A stretch of 59,881 nucleotides of DNA from a virus. Each line of letters starts with the position of its first letter. The stretch's first letter is position 1. The DNA is taken from IMG/VR virus record IMGVR_UViG_3300043958_000214; one strand, written 5' to 3'. The notes beneath the pieces were generated by a model, which saw only the letters and a program-made list of their open reading frames with translations, was not told the DNA's origin and searched no databases. Shown in pieces: positions 10,469 to 19,859 of this stretch. Both the position numbers and the translations under genes were made by a program.

Positions 10469-10680
10469 TCCGGTAACCCCACGCGGGTGGGGAATGTCTG
10501 CGGCGTCGGATCGGCACCGTGTTTCAGGACGGACCATCCCCACGCGGGTGGGGAACGGGTGCGGGCGACGGGCAGGGCGGGGACGAGGTACGGACCATCC
10601 CCACGCGGGTGGGGAACTGTGCGACGGCTGCAGGAACTCCCCGATCTGGACAGGACCATCCCCACGCGGGTAGGGAACAC
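10469..10680 (-). CRISPR. Type I-E mini CRISPR array: 4 repeats (29 nt), 3 spacers (32 nt)
   Basis: Repeats at 10469, 10530, 10591, 10652 with exact 61-nt period; minus-strand consensus (GT)GTTCCCCACCCGCGTGGGGATGGTCCG; 10469 copy is the degenerate terminal repeat. Confidence 0.93.
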
Positions 10681-10808
10681 CATCGAGGCGGAAAGGTCGA
10701 TGCCGGCGAATCCGCCGGTGTGTTGGATGCCGGCTGCCGGGGCTCCTCGTACCTTTCATGTCTTGTGTGTGCCGCGAGCGCGTTTAGAGCGTGCAGGTGG
10801 TGGTGTTA
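10681..10808 (-). promoter_or_regulatory. CRISPR leader with GGCACACA box; right arm of the inverted repeat
   Basis: GGCACACA-CAAGAC-A(10759) matches the box before dnaE, ruvC and the YqaJ gene and points into the array. Confidence 0.6.
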
Positions 10809-11579
10809 TCCGGGGGCGTTGTCGAGGTAGTAGGTCACCCATGGTGGAACGGCTGCTGGGGGTTCGGAGACTTTCCATTCGTCGTTGTGGCGGGTCATGG
10901 TGAGTTGGGCGGGGGCTCTCTCCCCCATGGGGGTGAGTCCGGGTGTTGTCGTGTCGCCGATCATTGGGATGTACCACACGGTCACGTGGTAAATGTCTTC
11001 ACGGTTTTCTGCGGTGGGGTCGGTGGGGTTCGTGAGGTTGGTTTGGGCGCGGAAGCGGCTTGTTGTCTTTTCGTTTCCTGTCCAGGGGCCGAGCAGTGTG
11101 GGGGATGTCGGGTCGGTGTCCTTCGCGTCGTATTCGGCTTGCAGGTCGTTGGTCCCGTAGCGGTGGACGGCGGTGAGGAATGCGGTCCATGGGGAGGGGT
11201 CGCTGGGGTTGATGTCCCATGCTGTGGTGACGAATGCGCGTGCGATGCGGCTCGCGGCGATCGCGTCTTCCGCACTGACGGCGGAGGAGGCCGGGATGGA
11301 TAGGGTCTCGTCGCCCTCCACGGGAATGGCCCCCTCTGGGGCGAGCCCGTTTTCTCCGGTCGGTGTGAAGGTGTCGGCGCTCGGCGCCGGTGTCGGTGTG
11401 TTCATCGCTCCCGACTCCTCATCGTGCGTGACGACGTAGGTCGGTGAGGACTGTCCGGGCTCGGCCCCTGAGGCCTGAACGTCCCCTCGATGGCTCCACC
11501 ACGCTCCGCCGACCGCCAGCCCGACGGTGAGGACGATCCCCGTGAAGACAAGGGCGTCGATCCCCTTTCTGCGGCTCAC
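10806..11579 (-). CDS. Membrane-anchored conjugation-associated protein (TcpC/VirB8-like position)
   Basis: N-terminal TM helix, linker, ARAFVTTAW helix and terminal WKVS strand; overlaps the hydrolase stop. Confidence 0.55.
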   Translation of the reverse strand: MSRRKGIDALVFTGIVLTVGLAVGGAWWSHRGDVQASGAEPGQSSPTYVVTHDEESGAMNTPTPAPSADTFTPTGENGLAPEGAIPVEGDETLSIPASSAVSAEDAIAASRIARAFVTTAWDINPSDPSPWTAFLTAVHRYGTNDLQAEYDAKDTDPTSPTLLGPWTGNEKTTSRFRAQTNLTNPTDPTAENREDIYHVTVWYIPMIGDTTTPGLTPMGERAPAQLTMTRHNDEWKVSEPPAAVPPWVTYYLDNAPG

Positions 11580-12817
11580 TTGTTGACCCTTCCGACGTAG
11601 TTGAGCGGTGTCCCCCAGATGGTGGTGACGTGCACCGTCGAGCCCGGCTGCGGGGCCTCAATCATTTTCGAGCCCCCCAAGTAGATCGCGACGTGGTAGA
11701 TGACCTTGCCGTGCGCCCAAAAGATCAGGTCGCCCGGTTGCGCCTTCGACCATGGCACGTGGGCCGTGACTTGGGACTGCTGGGCGGACTGGTGGGGGAG
11801 CTCGACGCCCGCTTGACGGTACGCCCACGTCACCAGCCCCGAGCAGTCGAACGAGTCCGGACCCTCAGCAGCCCAGATGTAGGGTTTCCCAATCTTCGTT
11901 TTCGCGGCTGCGATCGCGTCTGCTTGGAGGTCGCCGGTGCGCGAGATCCCGCCCCCGCCCATCTCATACGCCGTCGCCCCCGCGATGATCGCTGCCACGT
12001 AGTGCTGAGTCTCGGCGTAAGGCGGGATCCCGTGATAAGTCCGGACCGCTCCCGACCCCGCGTTATAGGCGGCCAAGGCGAGCTCCAACGGGCTGCCGAC
12101 GAAAGGCTCGCCCGCGGACTGCCAGGCGCGGATCTGGGCGACCAGCCCGCACATGTAGTTACCCTGCGTCCAAATCGCATCGATCGGATTGAGGATGTCA
12201 GCGCGCCCATCCCCATCGCCATCCTTGCCGACCGCCGACCACGTCGCGGGCATGAACTGAGCGATCCCACGAGCCCCGGCAGTACTCCCCGCACTCGGGT
12301 TCCAATGCGACTCCTGGTTGATCTGGGAGGCGAGAATCGGGGCGGTGATCTCCGGGCAGATCGACCCCGCCCTCAACACAATCTCCACGTACTCCGCGGG
12401 CACGTTCGTGATACCCCCGCCGACACCCATCAGGTCATCCTGCTTGGCGACAGCCGGGTTCAGCACAGTCGCCTGAGCGACCGTCTCCGCGATCGACGAC
12501 ACCACCGCGAACATGACGAGAATCGAGGCGAGAACCGCAGCAACGCCAGCCAACATGACGTAGCGGAAACCACGCGAACCAGCGACCTTCGAAGCAGCAG
12601 CACCCGCAGCCTTCCCAGCCACGACATTCCCCGTCGCAGCCGTCGCCGCAGCCTCAGCCGCCGCCCCCGCGGCGCTCGCGGCAAGTGAGGATGCCTTCTC
12701 CCCCGCCGAACTGTCCTGATCCCGCAGGACAGATGCCGTATCTACCGCGAGGGCGAGTGCCCCGCCTCGCCCCGGACCCAACGTGGGCCGTCCGGCGCTG
12801 GGTCCGGGCTCGGGCAT
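11576..12817 (-). CDS. Bifunctional lytic transglycosylase + NlpC/P60 peptidase (CwlT/TcpG-like conjugation hydrolase)
   Basis: QINQES, ARGIAQFMPATW, ALAAYNAG (SLT); PYIWAAEGPDSFDCSGLV, PGDLIF, HVAIY (NlpC/P60); TM anchor. Confidence 0.92.
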   Translation of the reverse strand: MPEPGPSAGRPTLGPGRGGALALAVDTASVLRDQDSSAGEKASSLAASAAGAAAEAAATAATGNVVAGKAAGAAASKVAGSRGFRYVMLAGVAAVLASILVMFAVVSSIAETVAQATVLNPAVAKQDDLMGVGGGITNVPAEYVEIVLRAGSICPEITAPILASQINQESHWNPSAGSTAGARGIAQFMPATWSAVGKDGDGDGRADILNPIDAIWTQGNYMCGLVAQIRAWQSAGEPFVGSPLELALAAYNAGSGAVRTYHGIPPYAETQHYVAAIIAGATAYEMGGGGISRTGDLQADAIAAAKTKIGKPYIWAAEGPDSFDCSGLVTWAYRQAGVELPHQSAQQSQVTAHVPWSKAQPGDLIFWAHGKVIYHVAIYLGGSKMIEAPQPGSTVHVTTIWGTPLNYVGRVNK

Positions 12818-13002
12818 GGTCCCTCCTCACGATGGGTGACTACGCCCATTAATGCGGAGGGGACTATTCGAGGACGCGCTCGCGGGCGACTCGTGGGGGT
12901 ATCGTCGTCGCAGCTACGTACCCACGCCAAGATCCGTATCGCGCATGTGCTCGAGTCAGCGCCGATCTTCGGCGACTCGGTTCAAACTGAGGAGGACCGG
13001 TA

Positions 13003-13626
13003 GTGTTATCGAGGAACGACGATCAAAAACCTACCCGACTACTTGCATCGGTGCCGAGCGAAGACCGCGGGCGAATGATAGTGCGTTATCCCACTCAAAC
13101 TGACTCCGAGCTCGCGTACGCCTATCACTTCGCAGCCCAGCGACTCGCATCGACCTTCAAGGGGCACGCGGAGGACGACCTCCTCCTTCTGCCGTTCCTG
13201 TTCCTCTACCGCCAAGCGTTTGAGCTTCAGCTCAAGAGCACGATCCGGTTCCTTGTTGGACTCAGGATTCGTTACGTTGGGGGAGATACTCGCAAACTGT
13301 TGGATGCCGCCTCGGCGGAGCGGTTGGCAAAGGATCGGGGACACAATCTTCACCGGCTCCTGAATCAGGCGAAGAACCATTTCGAGGCACTCAGCCTCGC
13401 GAATTCATTTCCCAGGTCCGTTGAGGAAGTGATTCTGATGCTCCACGAGGCCGACAATGCGGGAACAGCGTTCCGATATGCCGGACTCTTACCTGACACT
13501 CAGGAGGACGCAGACTTTCCTCATCTTGTCAAGAAACTCGACACCACCTTTACTGAGTTGTGCGACGTCGTCGATTACGCCGAAGGCATGACGGATGCCT
13601 GTCCCGACGCTAACGAACTCATATGA
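13003..13626 (+). CDS. Hypothetical protein, HEPN-like
   Basis: LPFLFLYRQAFELQLK ... GHNLHRL ... FRY pattern; opposite strand and lower GC than the flanking tra genes; start uncertain. Confidence 0.55.
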   Translation: MLSRNDDQKPTRLLASVPSEDRGRMIVRYPTQTDSELAYAYHFAAQRLASTFKGHAEDDLLLLPFLFLYRQAFELQLKSTIRFLVGLRIRYVGGDTRKLLDAASAERLAKDRGHNLHRLLNQAKNHFEALSLANSFPRSVEEVILMLHEADNAGTAFRYAGLLPDTQEDADFPHLVKKLDTTFTELCDVVDYAEGMTDACPDANELI

Positions 13627-13756
13627 GGAATGCACTCAGCGATTCGCGGTATGAGGCTGCGGCTCGGGCAAGGGTCGGTGCCGGCGGACCACCCCAAGCC
13701 TGGGGCCATCCGGGTGGCGCGTGGACTTCACCAAGCTGCCAACTTCTTGGGGGCAT

Positions 13757-16700
13757 CTAGACGCTGTTACGCATTCTTTTTCTGCTCTCAAGGTTGTATT
13801 TGTATGACGACCTTGAGTCCTGCTGGAGGACGTGAATGCGGTCCAGCGCTTCTTCGAATTCGTGTTGGAAGCGGTCGGCTTCATCCTGCTTGCCGCGACC
13901 GAGGGCCTCGTCGCGTTTCTTCTCGAGAGAATCCAGCGTTTTCCGTAGCTCGACCACCTCGGCATAATCGTCTGGCCGAGTCTTCGCAAACCGCGCATCA
14001 GACTCACCCGAATCTTGCCACCGCTTCATGAGCCGATGGGACATGTCATCCGCCACCTCGACTGGCGCAGGCTTACCGTCAGCCTGCGAAGCGGACGCGA
14101 CGGGAGTCTCATAGTGTCGCTCTAGTGGCGTGTTCATTGACACGTCCACATCGGCCTTGGAGGGCTCCGGGGCCTTGGGCGTCTCCTTCTCGGGGGGTTT
14201 CTCACTCGGAGCCTCGCTTCCGGATGCCTCCCCGGCGGCACTCGCTCCCTGTTTCCTTGCCTCCTCCACCGCGGCCGCATCATCACGAATGCGCGCGACC
14301 TCGGCGAGCAGGTCTTTTTCGTGGTCCTGCGCCACCTCGTCGCGGCGTCCCCGGTATAGCTGCCTGCCGGCCAGAGCGGCGACGACGGGTGCCGCCGTTC
14401 CGGCTGTCGCTCCGATTGCCAGGGCTCCCACGCCAGCCTTCGCCGCTGTTACGGCGATCGCCCGGGCCCGCTCGCCCCTCGACGCGCGATCCCATTTCTC
14501 GCCCGCCAGGCCGATGGCCCGCTTCGCGGTCGGGGCCGTCCTCCGGGCGACGCTACGGATGGTGGCGCCCACAGCCTTGGGAGGTGTCGCAAAGACTGCT
14601 CCCGCCCGCCGCGCCGTCGAAAGCTCCCGCCATTCCGCCTCGTTCAGGCCCACAGCGTGGAGCCCGCCTGCCTTGGCGAGCGCCGCAGCGCGTCCGCCCC
14701 GACCGAGTCTGCGCCATGCGTCCCTGTCTGCCACACCGGCAGCGCGCCGCGCTTTGTCGCCCACCACAGCCAGTCCGTCGCCGGTGAGCTTCCCGGCTTT
14801 GGCTCCGATCCCCGCTGCCTCTTCGGCTGTGATATCGGAGGGTTTCTCGCCGATCGATTTCGCCCCGGCTTGCACGCGCCCCGGCATGGTCCTGACGCCG
14901 GCGACCGCTTTCCTCTTGCGTTCTTCTGCCTTGAGGGCGCGTAGGGCCGCAGCGCGTTCGCCGAGGTTCTTCTCCGCCTGGGCTCGCTCGTCTGCGGTCA
15001 TGGGCTTGCCGTCTTCGGGGAGGCCCGCCGCGTCGGCCATTCCGCCTTGGCCCTTCTTGAGCCCGTGGTCGGTGGCCGAGGCCTTCGCAGTGGAGCCCGA
15101 GAGGCTGTTCTTCGCCGTGTCCACGGCCCGCTTCGTGCCCGTCTTCGCGACACCTTTCGTGCGGTCCCACAGTTCGGAGAGCGCGGCTCCGCCCACGGCT
15201 CCGCTCATGCTGCCGAAGGCGAGCGCGCCACGGACGGACAGGGGGTTGGGCATGTGGAGGAGATCGGTGAACAGTTTCCCGATGATCCAGATGGCTGCAA
15301 GGGGCGCGACGGTGCCGACGAGCATGGAGGTCATGTTCGTGGACGCGGGCGTCACGGTGAGAGCCGCGGCGAACTGGTTGGCAGGCGTGGCGGAGGTGAC
15401 GCCGCCGCCGACCATGGAGGAGATGAGGGAGGTGATGAGGACCATGAAGGCGAGGATGAGTGAGTACCCCCAGGAGATGAACGTCATGCCGAGGAGTCCC
15501 TTGAAGAACTTCTCGACGAGCTTGTCGTCGGCTTTCCCAGGCCACAGGCTGACCAGGAGGACGATCATGACGAGGCCCAGGTAGATGAGCATCCCGATCT
15601 TGGTGACGATCACGATGATGCTCATGACGCCGAACACTGCGAGATCAATGAGCGCTGTGATGGCGAAGAGGAAGGGGGCGATCGACCCGCCTGGGGCGGA
15701 CTCCCCGTGCAGGGCCATCGTGAAGGCCCGGGCTTCGGGTGAGGCGTCCTTCAGCGAGCTGGTGATGTTCGCCTGCTTGTCCTTGATGTCGAGGACGGTT
15801 CCCTCACCGCCTGAGGCGTCGGCGGCCTCGGTCCACCACGCCTGGCATTGCTTCGAGACGTCGTCGGCGGAGGCTCCGTTGAGTCCTTGCCAGGAGTCGT
15901 CGAGAGACCAGCGTCCTCCACCGTCCGGGTGGCAGGCGGCCCACCCGACCATGGCGCGGTCAACAACCTCGTCCTGGGGAGCCGCGTCGTCGCCGGTGCC
16001 GAGGACGTTAGCTGGGCCGAAGGCGAGCGAGAGTTTCTGGGAGCTTCCCGGCACGAGGGCGTCGTTGGCTGCCCGCTGGACGGCGTACTGGGAGCTGGGA
16101 GAGACGTTCGCCTGCCACTCCAGGAGGTGGCAGTACGTGCGGTACGCGGTGGGTCCGGAGTCGAGTTGCATCGTGATCCACGCATTGAGGCCGGTCTGCT
16201 CCCACAGTCCGTTGAGCGCCATGACGGCGCCGGTGGTCCCGCGGTTCACGCCCGCCTTGTTCTTGTACTCGGCGCGCAGGGCGTCCGTGTAGGCGGAACA
16301 GTCGAGCGGCTTCCCTGAGTCGACCGTGATGCCTTCGATGTCCGCGGAGTCGACGATGCTCTCGGTGATGCCGTCGGTGGAGACGTTGACGAGGGTGGAC
16401 ATGGTCTGGGCGATCCAGCCGGGAGACATCACCGCAGGCCTGTAGTCGTCTCCGCTGCCCGTGGACATGCCGGCGCTGGCGACCATGGTCGACATGAACG
16501 CGACAGTGAGGACGACGCGCCCGAGGCTCCGGAAAGCGCGCGTGCCCTCGTTCTTCCTCCAAGCGGCCCACATGGCGGCGATGACGGCGGCCGCGACGAG
16601 GATCGCGGCCAGAGGCGAAGTGATGAGCGCGTGTCCAAGGCGGCTAGACAGGTGATCCATCTGGGCGCCGGCAGAGCGCAGGGGATCCATGTTTGTCGCA

Positions 16701-17116
16701 TACGAGATGGACATCATCGTCCAGCTCCAGAACGTGTTCCCGAGCGACATCGCCCAGCTGCGGGTGCCGAGGTGGGTCAGCATTCTGGTGGTCGAGCCCG
16801 CGAGGTCCGAGATGTCGAAGGACAGGCGGGTGTGGAACGCCGTGGTGGCGTCGGACCACCGGTTGACGGGGAGGCAGTTCGTGGCCGGCCCGCCGCAGAT
16901 CGCGGAGTACTGGTTCGCTCCTCCAAGCCCTTGCGTGGTCTCACCCTGGTTGCCGTCGGCTGACGGCCATACTGAGACGACGGATGCCGGCTGGACCGCG
17001 GTGGCGGCTTGCGCGGGCAACCCGGACACGGCGATGACCCCCGTCAGGACGACGGCGATGCCGACGGCCATCAGGATGATGCGCCGCCATGCGCCTGTCC
17101 GCGGTACTCGCTTCAT
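13757..17116 (-). CDS. Large polytopic membrane protein of the conjugation apparatus (VirB6/TcpH-like)
   Basis: Signal-like N-terminus, Cys-containing extracellular loop, 5+ TM helices, long Ala/Arg/Gly-rich tail; GGAGAGG RBS before MKRVP. Confidence 0.7.
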   Translation of the reverse strand: MKRVPRTGAWRRIILMAVGIAVVLTGVIAVSGLPAQAATAVQPASVVSVWPSADGNQGETTQGLGGANQYSAICGGPATNCLPVNRWSDATTAFHTRLSFDISDLAGSTTRMLTHLGTRSWAMSLGNTFWSWTMMSISYATNMDPLRSAGAQMDHLSSRLGHALITSPLAAILVAAAVIAAMWAAWRKNEGTRAFRSLGRVVLTVAFMSTMVASAGMSTGSGDDYRPAVMSPGWIAQTMSTLVNVSTDGITESIVDSADIEGITVDSGKPLDCSAYTDALRAEYKNKAGVNRGTTGAVMALNGLWEQTGLNAWITMQLDSGPTAYRTYCHLLEWQANVSPSSQYAVQRAANDALVPGSSQKLSLAFGPANVLGTGDDAAPQDEVVDRAMVGWAACHPDGGGRWSLDDSWQGLNGASADDVSKQCQAWWTEAADASGGEGTVLDIKDKQANITSSLKDASPEARAFTMALHGESAPGGSIAPFLFAITALIDLAVFGVMSIIVIVTKIGMLIYLGLVMIVLLVSLWPGKADDKLVEKFFKGLLGMTFISWGYSLILAFMVLITSLISSMVGGGVTSATPANQFAAALTVTPASTNMTSMLVGTVAPLAAIWIIGKLFTDLLHMPNPLSVRGALAFGSMSGAVGGAALSELWDRTKGVAKTGTKRAVDTAKNSLSGSTAKASATDHGLKKGQGGMADAAGLPEDGKPMTADERAQAEKNLGERAAALRALKAEERKRKAVAGVRTMPGRVQAGAKSIGEKPSDITAEEAAGIGAKAGKLTGDGLAVVGDKARRAAGVADRDAWRRLGRGGRAAALAKAGGLHAVGLNEAEWRELSTARRAGAVFATPPKAVGATIRSVARRTAPTAKRAIGLAGEKWDRASRGERARAIAVTAAKAGVGALAIGATAGTAAPVVAALAGRQLYRGRRDEVAQDHEKDLLAEVARIRDDAAAVEEARKQGASAAGEASGSEAPSEKPPEKETPKAPEPSKADVDVSMNTPLERHYETPVASASQADGKPAPVEVADDMSHRLMKRWQDSGESDARFAKTRPDDYAEVVELRKTLDSLEKKRDEALGRGKQDEADRFQHEFEEALDRIHVLQQDSRSSYKYNLESRKRMRNSV

Positions 17117-17129
17117 GGGCCTCTCCGTG

Positions 17130-17588
17130 TCAGTGCCTCTTCGGGGAGGCGAAGAGCGAATCGACACGCGCCGCCTGCTCGGCGTCGCCGAGCCGAGGCT
17201 TTTCATCCGTACCGACCGGAACGGAAGATGAGGTGATGACGAGGTTGTCGCTCATCATCGGGTCGACGACCTGCATGCCCATGACGAACTTCCCGACCAT
17301 CGCTTTCGCCTTCCGGCGGTCGATCAACGCCTTGTACTGGGGGAGCCGGCGCGCGTCGTTCGTCCTGGAGGCGAACAGCCACAGGCTGGCTCCGACGACG
17401 ATCGGAGGCACGACGAGGGCGTAGCTGTCCACCAGCGGCCAGAAGACGCCGGTGAGGATCAGCCCCGGGATGATGGAGGCGAGGCCCACTAGCAGGAACT
17501 TCCGGTTGAACTCCACGGTCGCGAACGTGACGGTCCGCTTCTCGTTCGCTCGGCGCCCCGTCAGGTCGGTCAGGTCGTAGACGTTCAT
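17130..17588 (-). CDS. TcpE/PrgI-like two-TM conjugation protein
   Basis: VYDLT N-terminus, two TM helices, position between pilin-like and VirB6-like genes. Confidence 0.55.
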   Translation of the reverse strand: MNVYDLTDLTGRRANEKRTVTFATVEFNRKFLLVGLASIIPGLILTGVFWPLVDSYALVVPPIVVGASLWLFASRTNDARRLPQYKALIDRRKAKAMVGKFVMGMQVVDPMMSDNLVITSSSVPVGTDEKPRLGDAEQAARVDSLFASPKRH

Positions 17589-17609
17589 CTGCGCTGTGGT
17601 CCCCCGTTG

Positions 17610-17969
17610 TCAGGCGACCAGGCCGAGGACCTTGCCCACCCCATTGACTAGCGCGTCCATGAGCCACAGGACGAGGGGGATGAGCATGTTGGGTGCCGCG
17701 ATCACGGCTCCGACGAGGACCGCCCACAGAAGCTTGTTGGTTCCCGGCCCGCCCATCTGACCCGAACGCCGGCGCTCGAACAGCCAGGAGATGAGGGCGA
17801 TGAGGGCGATGCCCATTCCCGCGATACCCAGGAGCGTCATGACGCCGGAGATCCCGGCAGCCCCGGTCACCGCGCCCCATGCCTGGCGCCAGGATCCGTC
17901 GAAGTCCACGGCGTCACCGCTGGCTGGGATGACGACCGCCAGCGCGCCGGGAGTCAGTAGTGCGCTCAT
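17610..17969 (-). CDS. Small hydrophobic pilin-like (VirB2/TcpD-like) protein
   Basis: 119 aa, two long hydrophobic helices, first gene of the tra block, GAAAGGA RBS. Confidence 0.55.
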   Translation of the reverse strand: MSALLTPGALAVVIPASGDAVDFDGSWRQAWGAVTGAAGISGVMTLLGIAGMGIALIALISWLFERRRSGQMGGPGTNKLLWAVLVGAVIAAPNMLIPLVLWLMDALVNGVGKVLGLVA

Positions 17970-18111
17970 GATGAGCCTGTTTCCTTTCAGGAGCGTCCGG
18001 CTGGTGCCAGACCGTCACACCCACTAATGCGGAGGGCCCCGGAGAAGGGGACGCCCCGCACGGGGCCTGTCAGAACTCCTTGTGCGGGGCGTCCCCTTCT
18101 CCCAGAGTCGC

Positions 18112-19485
18112 TCAGATGCCGAGAGCCTCCATCGACCGCCTGTTGCGCACCGAAGCGATGGCTGTCGCCGAGCTCCACAGGCTCTCAGCTGCCCGCGGGT
18201 TGCGGATCAGCACGGCAACGATCGCTTCCCTGTCGGCATCAGCGTGGATCTCGTAGGGAGCGAAGAGGGCTCGGGTCGCGGACCCACGATCCCCGTCCTC
18301 CCACTGTTGGGCGAGAACGGCGGGCCCACCCGCCTCCGCGACCTCCTTGCGCAGCTTCGTGGCCTCACCCGAGGAGATGGAGGCACGCGCGGCCAGTGGG
18401 GCGTCGGACTGTTCGGCGAGCGCGTTCCACGCGATCATGTTCGCCATCCTCTTCGCCACGGTTGGCTTCTCCGCCTCCGGGGACGTGAGCCGGTAGACCG
18501 CCTGGCTCCACTTATCGGTTTCCTCCCCGGAATGGGTCGTGGAGTAGTCGAGGAAGTTGGGGCGGGGCCGGGCCGGATCACCCGGGCGCCAGTGTGAGAT
18601 CACGCGGGAGGCGACATGACGGCGTTCCGCGTCGGTGAGGTCGCGTCCCAGCTTCGCGCTGGCCTGGTCGACGATTGTGGCGTAGACCTCCGCCGCCCGG
18701 CGTTCGGCCATGATGCGGCTTCTGCGGTGCGTCTCCACGTGAAGCAGGCGCCCGCTGCCGTTACTCGTGCCATCAAGGCCGATCGCGCCGACAAGACCAA
18801 GCTGGTCTGCTGCGCCGATATCCTCGTGGAACCGCCCATCCACGGACTTATGGAAATTCACGGAGGGTTTCCGCTTCTGGCGGTCCCACGTCTGCCTGAT
18901 CTCGCTGGCGAGCGCGTCGCGTTCGCGGTTCGTGATCTTGCGTCCGTGCTCCTGTTCGAACGCTGTCACTTGGTCGGCGAGCATCCGTCCGGCGATCTGA
19001 TCCGCGGAGGACTCCCGGCTTCCACGCAGGCGTTCCGCGATGCAGCGTTTGACGACTCCCCCGACGAAGTCGCCGGAACTGCGGATGGGCGACCTGTCAC
19101 CGGTCGACTTCTTCGCGCGCTGGTAGAGGCGCTGCATGACGTCCTGCGTGATGTCGTCTTCGAGACCTTCGAGGTGAAGCTCGGCGCCGCCTCCCCGGGA
19201 GAGGTATCCGCCGTCCTCAGCGAAGACGCCGCGGTGGCGGAGCATCCTGCGGGCAGTCTCCTTGGCGTAGAGGCGGACGGCTTCGGAGTCATGCTCGGAG
19301 TTCAGGTCGATCTCGTCCCAGGGCGGGAGCTTCCACATCGTGCCGGTCAGGACGTATCCGTCATCGTCTTCGGGGAGAGCATCGAGATCGACGCCTTCCG
19401 CTTCCGCGTAGTCCTTCGTGCTGTACTGCCCGACGTTGGCCGGGTTTTCCCCGCGCACGTGCTTGGTTTCGTCGTAGCCGCTCAT
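18112..19485 (-). CDS. Leader-tagged sigma-70-like protein (regions 2 and 3, no obvious region 4)
   Basis: Leader MSGYDETKHVRGENPANVGQYSTKDYAEAEGVDL; EDDITQDVMQRLY..FVGGVVKRCIAERLR resembles region 2; FEQEHGRKITNRE and SAKLGRDLTDAE resemble region 3 LGRxPTxxE. Confidence 0.55.
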   Translation of the reverse strand: MSGYDETKHVRGENPANVGQYSTKDYAEAEGVDLDALPEDDDGYVLTGTMWKLPPWDEIDLNSEHDSEAVRLYAKETARRMLRHRGVFAEDGGYLSRGGGAELHLEGLEDDITQDVMQRLYQRAKKSTGDRSPIRSSGDFVGGVVKRCIAERLRGSRESSADQIAGRMLADQVTAFEQEHGRKITNRERDALASEIRQTWDRQKRKPSVNFHKSVDGRFHEDIGAADQLGLVGAIGLDGTSNGSGRLLHVETHRRSRIMAERRAAEVYATIVDQASAKLGRDLTDAERRHVASRVISHWRPGDPARPRPNFLDYSTTHSGEETDKWSQAVYRLTSPEAEKPTVAKRMANMIAWNALAEQSDAPLAARASISSGEATKLRKEVAEAGGPAVLAQQWEDGDRGSATRALFAPYEIHADADREAIVAVLIRNPRAAESLWSSATAIASVRNRRSMEALGI

Positions 19486-19555
19486 GACATTTCTTGTGCG
19501 GTAGAAACCCGCTACATGACGTGAAACCCGCCACAACTCGATGCGTTCTGGGAGG

Positions 19556-19843
19556 TCAGAGAATGCCCAAGGAGCGGAGGACGTAGACGATGAGGACGAT
19601 CCCGGCGATCCCGGCGACCAGTCCGATCACGATCCGGAACGTCTCGCCGAGGGCCTTCGCGATCGCCGCGCCCACGCCGATGACGATCGTGGCGAGAAAC
19701 AGCCACATGAGGATCGGCTCGGAGGAGACGAAAGCGTAAACGTCATGGACGGCGCCCACCATCGCGGTCCAGGCTCCCTGGGAGCCGTCGTAGGCTGCGG
19801 CGCGCGGCAGGACCGGGGCGAGAAGAGTGTTCGCGGGTGTCAT
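19556..19843 (-). CDS. Small membrane protein
   Basis: 95 aa, two hydrophobic helices, CCGCACAC-N8-ATG. Confidence 0.65.
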   Translation of the reverse strand: MTPANTLLAPVLPRAAAYDGSQGAWTAMVGAVHDVYAFVSSEPILMWLFLATIVIGVGAAIAKALGETFRIVIGLVAGIAGIVLIVYVLRSLGIL

Positions 19844-19859
19844 AAGAGCATGTGTGCGG

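Noticed and set aside
10559-10651. Spacer translations YLVPAL and [10 protein letters not shown] recalling helicase and LipA motifs
   Set aside because: Too short and inexact to assign targets without a search
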